From positions 56,358,001-56,422,000 of the forward strand of contig CM126222.1 in the NCBI GenBank assembly GCA_052327205.1: a stretch of DNA of 64,000 bases, in the 5' to 3' direction. This DNA is from Somniosus microcephalus. Taxonomy: Eukaryota. Made by a program: the position numbers and the translations under genes. Below the pieces are notes generated by a model. It was not told where the DNA came from. It saw only the letters and a program-made list of their open reading frames with translations, and made no database searches. Below are positions 62,001 through 64,000 of this stretch, piece by piece. Within the stretch, counting starts at the first letter, position 1. Each line of letters starts with the position of its first letter.

Positions 62001-62501
62001 ACAAAGTGTCTTGGGATTCTTTTTACATTAAAGGCATTACATTAATGCATGATTAGCCTCCAAATTGGCCCCCTGGTCTGTTCCAGGATTATTCAGTGGA
62101 TGCCCTCCAAGGGAACCACCTTCACCTAAGTCATCCCATCATTTGAAAAGTGTGAACCCAGGATTCCACTGAGGAGACCTTTAACTAGAATTATTGTCTG
62201 GGGAGGAAAATGATTTTGCTGGTGTAACTAAAGTTTTTGGTTTTTCTACGCTTTATTTTCTTTCAAGACACATTAATGTATTCTTGATTTGTTTAGAAAA
62301 ATCTTGCAGAAATACGGAGTGACAGAGGATTTGCTTTTGGAGTGCTCGCGAAGGGAGGAGACTTGCTTGGACACACTGCCATGCCTGTACAACAGTATTC
62401 CCGACAGCTGGAGTGATCTTGATTCACTCATCACCTTAGTAAAAGCAGCAATAAAGGATGAGCAAAAGAAAATTGTCTGGATTGAACAAGCACCACTCTA
62501 A
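1796..62501 (+). CDS. CARD14: CARD14/CARMA2 orthologue, 20 coding exons, 3021 nt, 1006 aa
   Basis: Exons join in frame with GT-AG introns. N-terminus ...[15 protein letters not shown], coiled-coil [10 protein letters not shown], linker [19 protein letters not shown] and C-terminus [16 protein letters not shown] match recalled human CARD14 (LDEETLWEMMESHRH, HYSNALQEKE, REKQRLVRMHAI, KLVRIVS, IADEQKKVVWTEQSPR) better than CARD10/11. Confidence 0.92.
2858..2995 (+). CDS. CARD14: CARD14 coding exon 2 (CARD C-half), 138 nt
   Basis: ctccag| ... [38 protein letters not shown] ... |gtaaga; phase 1-1. Confidence 0.95.
3292..4770 (-). mobile_element. CR1 LINE, 5'-truncated, frameshifted ORF2 RT region
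   Basis: ORF fragments with [48 protein letters not shown] and a CR1 3' tail. Confidence 0.93.
5268..5580 (-). mobile_element. Internally deleted RTE-clade LINE derivative (5' end fused to 3' end)
   Basis: Minus strand: [14 protein letters not shown] (APE N-terminus) lies a few dozen nt from [11 protein letters not shown] (C-terminal motif), then a short 3' UTR and (GA)n. Confidence 0.7.
5999..6207. mobile_element. Penelope-derived fold-back element
   Basis: 36-bp perfect inverted arms (5999-6034/6140-6175); same sequence as the terminus of the Penelope copy at 27190-27324; 13/15 flanking direct repeat. Confidence 0.75.
7675..8000 (+). CDS. CARD14: CARD14 coding exon 3 (CARD-CC linker + coiled coil), 326 nt
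   Basis: ttgtag| [16 protein letters not shown]...RSRELQQQ |gtattg; phase 1-0. Confidence 0.93.
10739..10909 (+). CDS. CARD14: CARD14 coding exon 4 (coiled coil), 171 nt
   Basis: tttaaag| [12 protein letters not shown]...ELQMNP |gtaagt. Confidence 0.88.
11070..11791. mobile_element. Harbinger-type MITE (722 bp)
   Basis: 18-bp perfect TIR GGCCCGTATTTTCCGATC/GATCGGAAAATACGGGCC; TTT on both flanks; GC-rich arms, AT-rich centre. Confidence 0.8.
11963..12082 (+). CDS. CARD14: CARD14 coding exon 5 (coiled coil), 120 nt
   Basis: aaacag| [20 protein letters not shown]...AERLRNE |gtgagc. Confidence 0.93.
12250..12980. mobile_element. Harbinger-type MITE
   Basis: 15-bp TIR with 2 mismatches GGCCTTGATTTTAAT/ATTAAAATCGAGACC; CpG-rich interior. 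Confidence 0.6.
13496..13665. mobile_element. 170-bp fully fold-back MITE, inserted in a decayed Penelope-derived hairpin
   Basis: GGGGGTAGAAATTTGTCTCGG...CCGAGACAAGTTTCTACCCCC with inner arms TCGGCCGCCCGTTATAC/GTATAACGGGCGGCCGA. Confidence 0.78.
15179..15304 (+). CDS. CARD14: CARD14 coding exon 6 (coiled coil), 126 nt
   Basis: tgccag| YLDEKE...DCDMYK...LQKERDE |gtaaat. Confidence 0.93.
16760..19410 (+). mobile_element. CR1 LINE (HER1-like), APE + RT, several frameshifts
   Basis: GDFN, LDWVL, SDH endonuclease motifs; QGSVLGP and FADD RT motifs; 3' tail ggcctactcctgttcctatcttctatgtttctatg. Confidence 0.95.
19537..19689 (+). CDS. CARD14: CARD14 coding exon 7 (coiled coil end), 153 nt
   Basis: ctacag| [13 protein letters not shown]...[11 protein letters not shown]...RDRQE |gtaggg. 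Confidence 0.93.
20300..20485. mobile_element. Decayed Penelope-derived fold-back element with hammerhead-like core on - strand
   Basis: Similar to 5999-6207; - strand CTGATGA (20391->20385) ... GAAA (20371->20368). Confidence 0.6.
20763..21530. mobile_element. Harbinger-type MITE related to 11070-11791, in opposite orientation
   Basis: 15-bp perfect TIR GGCCCAGAAATTCGG/CCGAATTTCTGGGCC; 21337-21358 is the exact reverse complement of 11241-11262. Confidence 0.8.
21531..21965 (-). mobile_element. Deu-SINE-like element (SacSINE1/AmnSINE1-type core)
   Basis: Reverse strand has GGAGGTGCCGTCGTTTGGATGAGATGTTAAAC core and a tRNA-like head; the MITE at 20763 interrupts its tail. Confidence 0.6.
21985..22280 (-). 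pseudogene. PIF/Harbinger transposase C-terminal remnant
   Basis: [25 protein letters not shown] motif of the HARBI1-type DDE family. Confidence 0.7.
22435..22554 (+). CDS. CARD14: CARD14 coding exon 8 (linker), 120 nt
   Basis: Pyrimidine tract, tgacag| [40 protein letters not shown] |gtaagc. Not in the ORF track. Confidence 0.85.
23443..23573 (+). CDS. CARD14: CARD14 coding exon 9 (linker), 131 nt
   Basis: tgatag| [43 protein letters not shown] |gtgaga; resembles human PPSQQSLYKR; acceptor chosen for frame. Confidence 0.78.
24670..24758 (+). CDS. CARD14: CARD14 coding exon 10 (acidic linker), 89 nt
   Basis: Strong tract ttttacag| (S)[29 protein letters not shown] |gtgagt; phase 2-1 fits neighbours. 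Confidence 0.72.
25150..25660 (+). pseudogene. Harbinger transposase N-terminal half (decayed)
   Basis: [40 protein letters not shown] and [13 protein letters not shown] correspond to HARBI1-type motifs. Confidence 0.8.
25671..27990 (-). mobile_element. Non-LTR retrotransposon (L2/Crack-like, CR1 group) RT region, split by a Penelope insertion
   Basis: [42 protein letters not shown]; tail cacatcccatgaatgaat plus A-run. Confidence 0.85.
26280..27324 (+). mobile_element. Penelope-like element 3' fragment (GIY-YIG endonuclease and terminal repeat)
   Basis: ORF 26601-26930 [30 protein letters not shown]; TCTGACCT direct repeat at 26272-26279 and 27325-27332. Confidence 0.9.
27995..28460 (+). 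pseudogene. Harbinger transposase C-terminal half (decayed)
   Basis: [50 protein letters not shown]. Confidence 0.8.
29111..34121 (+). mobile_element. Full-length Ty3/Gypsy (Mag-like) LTR retrotransposon, 5011 bp
   Basis: 214-bp TG..CA LTRs (29111-29324, 33908-34121) with 4 mismatches; TSD GCCCC; PBS TGGCGATGAG at 29326; [16 protein letters not shown] 33894-33906. Confidence 0.97.
29848..33800 (+). pseudogene. Gypsy gag-pol (gag, 2x CCHC, PR, RT, RNase H, IN) with one frameshift and one stop
   Basis: [14 protein letters not shown] and [14 protein letters not shown] knuckles; LDTGS protease; YLDD; LACDAS; HHCC plus DDE integrase. Frameshift near 30265 and in-frame TGA at 31719-31721. Confidence 0.93.
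34850..35320 (-). pseudogene. Harbinger Myb/SANT-like partner gene remnant (intron-containing)
   Basis: [12 protein letters not shown] followed by gtcag donor (trihelix QCRKKFNDL-like) and TGGGQA motif typical of Harbinger Myb proteins. Confidence 0.55.
36846..36924 (+). CDS. CARD14: CARD14 coding exon 11 (linker), 79 nt
   Basis: atttcag| (I)[25 protein letters not shown] |gtaaac; phase 1-2 bridges exons 10 and 12; little sequence homology support. Confidence 0.62.
38081..38270 (+). CDS. CARD14: CARD14 coding exon 12 (PDZ N-half), 190 nt
   Basis: ccacag| ...[23 protein letters not shown]...LEPGSQIMM |gtaggc. Confidence 0.93.
38993..39663. mobile_element. Harbinger-type MITE with a nested CR1 3' end (about 39335-39520)
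   Basis: GGGGTAGAAA/TTTCTACCCC termini; the inner segment is nearly identical to the CR1 tail at about 19220-19405. Confidence 0.7.
40149..40202. repeat. 24-bp tandem duplication (2.25 copies)
   Basis: GTGACAATAAGTCAATGAAATAAA x2 plus GTGACA. Confidence 0.9.
40645..40768 (+). CDS. CARD14: CARD14 coding exon 13 (PDZ C-half), 124 nt
   Basis: ctacag| VEYNG...[29 protein letters not shown] |gtgagt. Confidence 0.92.
42140..45400 (-). mobile_element. CR1 LINE with a 570-aa open RT segment, interrupted by a SINE
   Basis: ORF 42293-44005 (QGSVLGP, FADD); APE motifs YRPP and GDFN in 44795-45220; tail (ttcttatg)n. Confidence 0.95.
44088..44473 (-). mobile_element. tRNA-derived V-SINE (HE1-like) with CR1-type tail
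   Basis: A box TGGCATAGTGG, B box GGTTCAAATCC, V-domain GTGTGGAGTTTGCACATTCTCCCCGTG...TCCGGTTTCCTCCCACAGTCCAAAG, tail shared with the CR1 3' end. Confidence 0.88.
45773..46016 (+). CDS. CARD14: CARD14 coding exon 14 (SH3), 244 nt
   Basis: aatcag| ...[11 protein letters not shown]...[10 protein letters not shown]...GTIPNYY |gtaagc. Confidence 0.94.
46716..47412. mobile_element. Young CpG-rich Harbinger-type MITE (697 bp)
   Basis: 16-bp perfect TIR GGCCTAGAAATTCAGT/ACTGAATTTCTAGGCC; 3-bp TSD TGT. Confidence 0.88.
48063..48126 (+). CDS. CARD14: CARD14 coding exon 15, 64 nt
   Basis: gtttag| (R)[21 protein letters not shown] |gtgaaa; resembles human RAQQQLIALIQDM. Confidence 0.9.
48223..48395. 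mobile_element. Penelope-derived fold-back element with 14-bp TSD
   Basis: 45-bp perfect arms 48275-48319/48352-48396; AAGATAGATTGGAA at 48209-48222 and 48396-48409. Confidence 0.88.
49185..49311 (+). CDS. CARD14: CARD14 coding exon 16, 127 nt
   Basis: ttccag| [21 protein letters not shown]...LWLSFD...KEQ |gtaaga. Confidence 0.9.
49382..50995. mobile_element. Composite of nested Harbinger-type MITEs (inner element about 49630-50406)
   Basis: Outer ends TTGCGGTC/GACCGCAA; inner ends GGCTAGAAATT/AATTTTGCGCCC; inner sequence resembles 46716-47412. Boundaries approximate. Confidence 0.55.
50761..50838 (+). repeat. G/GT-rich low-complexity tract (G-quadruplex-prone)
   Basis: Many runs of 4 or more G separated by short T/C linkers. 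Confidence 0.7.
51390..51551 (+). CDS. CARD14: CARD14 coding exon 17 (GUK start), 162 nt
   Basis: ttctag| ...[12 protein letters not shown]...[18 protein letters not shown]...YEKCKS |gtaaga. Confidence 0.92.
52024..52148 (+). CDS. CARD14: CARD14 coding exon 18 (GUK), 125 nt
   Basis: ttttag| (E)CLNNTEY...GDILG...[13 protein letters not shown] |gtaata. Confidence 0.9.
53706..53821 (+). CDS. CARD14: CARD14 coding exon 19 (GUK), 116 nt
   Basis: ttacag| [28 protein letters not shown]...KKI |gtaagc. Confidence 0.93.
54643..59320 (-). mobile_element. Full-length Ty3/Gypsy (Mag-like) LTR retrotransposon, 4678 bp
   Basis: LTRs 59101-59320 (220 bp) and 54643-54886 (244 bp); TSD TTGGG; PBS TGGCGACAAGG; PPT AAGGGTGGAGGGA. 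Confidence 0.96.
54944..59011 (-). pseudogene. Gypsy gag-pol with several frameshifts and stops
   Basis: gag [12 protein letters not shown] knuckle, EVDTG protease, YLDD, SCDAS, integrase HLDYAGP / VSDN / NGLAER. Confidence 0.92.
60560..61000 (-). mobile_element. Old L2 LINE 3' fragment
   Basis: [25 protein letters not shown] resembles the L2 ORF2 C-terminus. Confidence 0.6.
61070..61335 (+). pseudogene. Harbinger transposase remnant
   Basis: [15 protein letters not shown] (first catalytic Asp motif), preceded by IKQVTDA. Confidence 0.7.
62297..62501 (+). CDS. CARD14: CARD14 terminal coding exon 20 (GUK end), 205 nt including TAA
   Basis: gtttag| ...[28 protein letters not shown]...[16 protein letters not shown]. 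Confidence 0.94.
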
Positions 62502-63705
62502 TGTACTTGTCTAAGGATTATAGGCAAAGAAATCCGAAGAGTTTAATAATCAGTGGATGAATTTTTCCCCTCGCTCTTAATCCATGGGGTGGTGGAAGTG
62601 GAAATGGAAATTCCAACTGTTATGTTTTCATGCATACCGCTGGAAATCCAGTTTAATGTTTTTATTATACATCAAAAGCCAATGGTTTATTGTATAATTT
62701 CAGATGCATCCCACCCCCTCCCCCCTCCCCCCTCCAGTTGGCATAATTTTAGCTTGTGAGGAGAGCAATATAGAGAGAAGGGGAATACTCTTATTGGGTA
62801 CAGAACAAAAGTAAAACCTCCTACTTCTGTACTTGTGGCGTACAGTGATGTCATGAGTGCTAAATGGGAAACTATTTCCCCATAGCCCTTTGCTTGTAAG
62901 TAGTCTTCTCAATATAATTAAATATTTATATAAAAACAGGCAAATTATGGTGGGGGAGATATTTCCAATGAATTTTTATGACAATGGTTAAAGTTATAGA
63001 AAGATATTTTTTGCAAAAAGTTGCGTAGGATCATTAATAGCTCCACTATTTTTTTCCTACTTTGTAAAGCACTTGGTGATATCTTTCTGTATGTGAGAAA
63101 GACTACAGAAATGTAAGTTGTAAATGTGATATAGTCACAATGATAAACAAGTTGACACCTGTCAATGCATGCATACTTACCAGGTACCAGTGAGGTTATG
63201 TATCTTGTCTTTTATAGTAGCAAAACAACTGAGCGGCACCGTAGCATTTGTCTTATTGCCAGATACCTATGATGCTATCCGTTGTTTAATTATTATCTGG
63301 AACTTTTTGTATTTATATATGTATAAGATATATTTAAAGTGTTTGCCTTTTTTTGCAACCACTGCATGCTTGCATGAACTAAAAACACTGCAAGTCCATT
63401 TGCTTTTGTATGAAACAAACATTAAAGGCTGTAAATGCTTGTGATGTTTTAAGTGGTGCCTGACTTGTCAGATTTGCATGAACCACCAGTGCTTTGTGAT
63501 CGATACTGTAAGTACTTATTGAAGTGTTAGGACTGAGTGAACTGTAATCTAAGCTACACCATTATAAACACTGCCTTGTTGCCTCCAGGAGAACAAATAT
63601 TTAATGGCTTGAAATTGTTTCAAATGTAAAAATTAAATAGGGTACTTCTCTAAAAACAGTACTAAATATTTGTGTGTCTCAGAGATGTATTATCCAATTT
63701 CAATC

Positions 63706-63711
63706 AATAAA
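63706..63711 (+). terminator. Candidate CARD14 polyadenylation signal AATAAA
   Basis: AATAAA about 1.2 kb after the stop, followed by T/GT-rich sequence. An alternative ATTAAA lies at 63421-63426. Confidence 0.45.
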
Positions 63712-64000
63712 AAAATGATTTGTCCCCTTTAAGTACAAACAAAGCATTGTTTTAGTTCAGTAAGGGTATAATTGAAAACCAAATAGGTACAAATAGTGGT
63801 GGTAATCAACTAGCAGTTTTTACTTACGACTTTCTATATATGGAAGCGTGTACTTGATAAAATTGTGTAAAAATTGTTTGCAAACAGATGGAAAGAGTGA
63901 GCCCAGAATTACAAGCAGCAGAAGGCCACAGATCAAGGGAATGGTCCCTGGCACTTGGGTTGTGGGGAGGGGCTTCGGAAGGGCCAGGGGAGCCTTAAAC

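Noticed and set aside
1796-62501. Calling the gene CARD11 or CARD10
   Set aside because: Only the CARD-CC linker looks CARD11/10-like. N-terminal length, exon sizes, short linker, PDZ, KLVRIVS segment, C-terminus and total length fit CARD14.

Overview
Vertebrate genomic DNA, most likely from a cartilaginous fish, judging by an HE1/V-SINE, a Deu-SINE-like copy and dense CR1, Penelope and Harbinger content. The window holds the complete coding region of one + strand gene, a CARD14 (CARMA2) orthologue. I reconstructed 20 GT-AG coding exons from 1796 to 62501 (3021 nt, 1006 aa; CARD, coiled coil, linker, PDZ, SH3, GUK) with consistent phases throughout. The introns contain three long CR1 LINEs and two full-length young Gypsy (Mag-like) LTR elements with 5-bp TSDs. 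A decayed PIF/Harbinger element in intron 10 hosts a LINE (which itself hosts a Penelope fragment) and a Gypsy element. There are also many Harbinger-type MITEs, Penelope-derived hairpin elements with hammerhead-like cores, and an internally deleted RTE. At the left edge, on the - strand, is the 5' end of an unclassified retrovirus-like element: putative LTR, tRNA-Lys1,2 PBS, palindrome-rich leader, and an ORF running out of the window. Comparisons with human proteins and repeat families are from memory and were not checked by database search.
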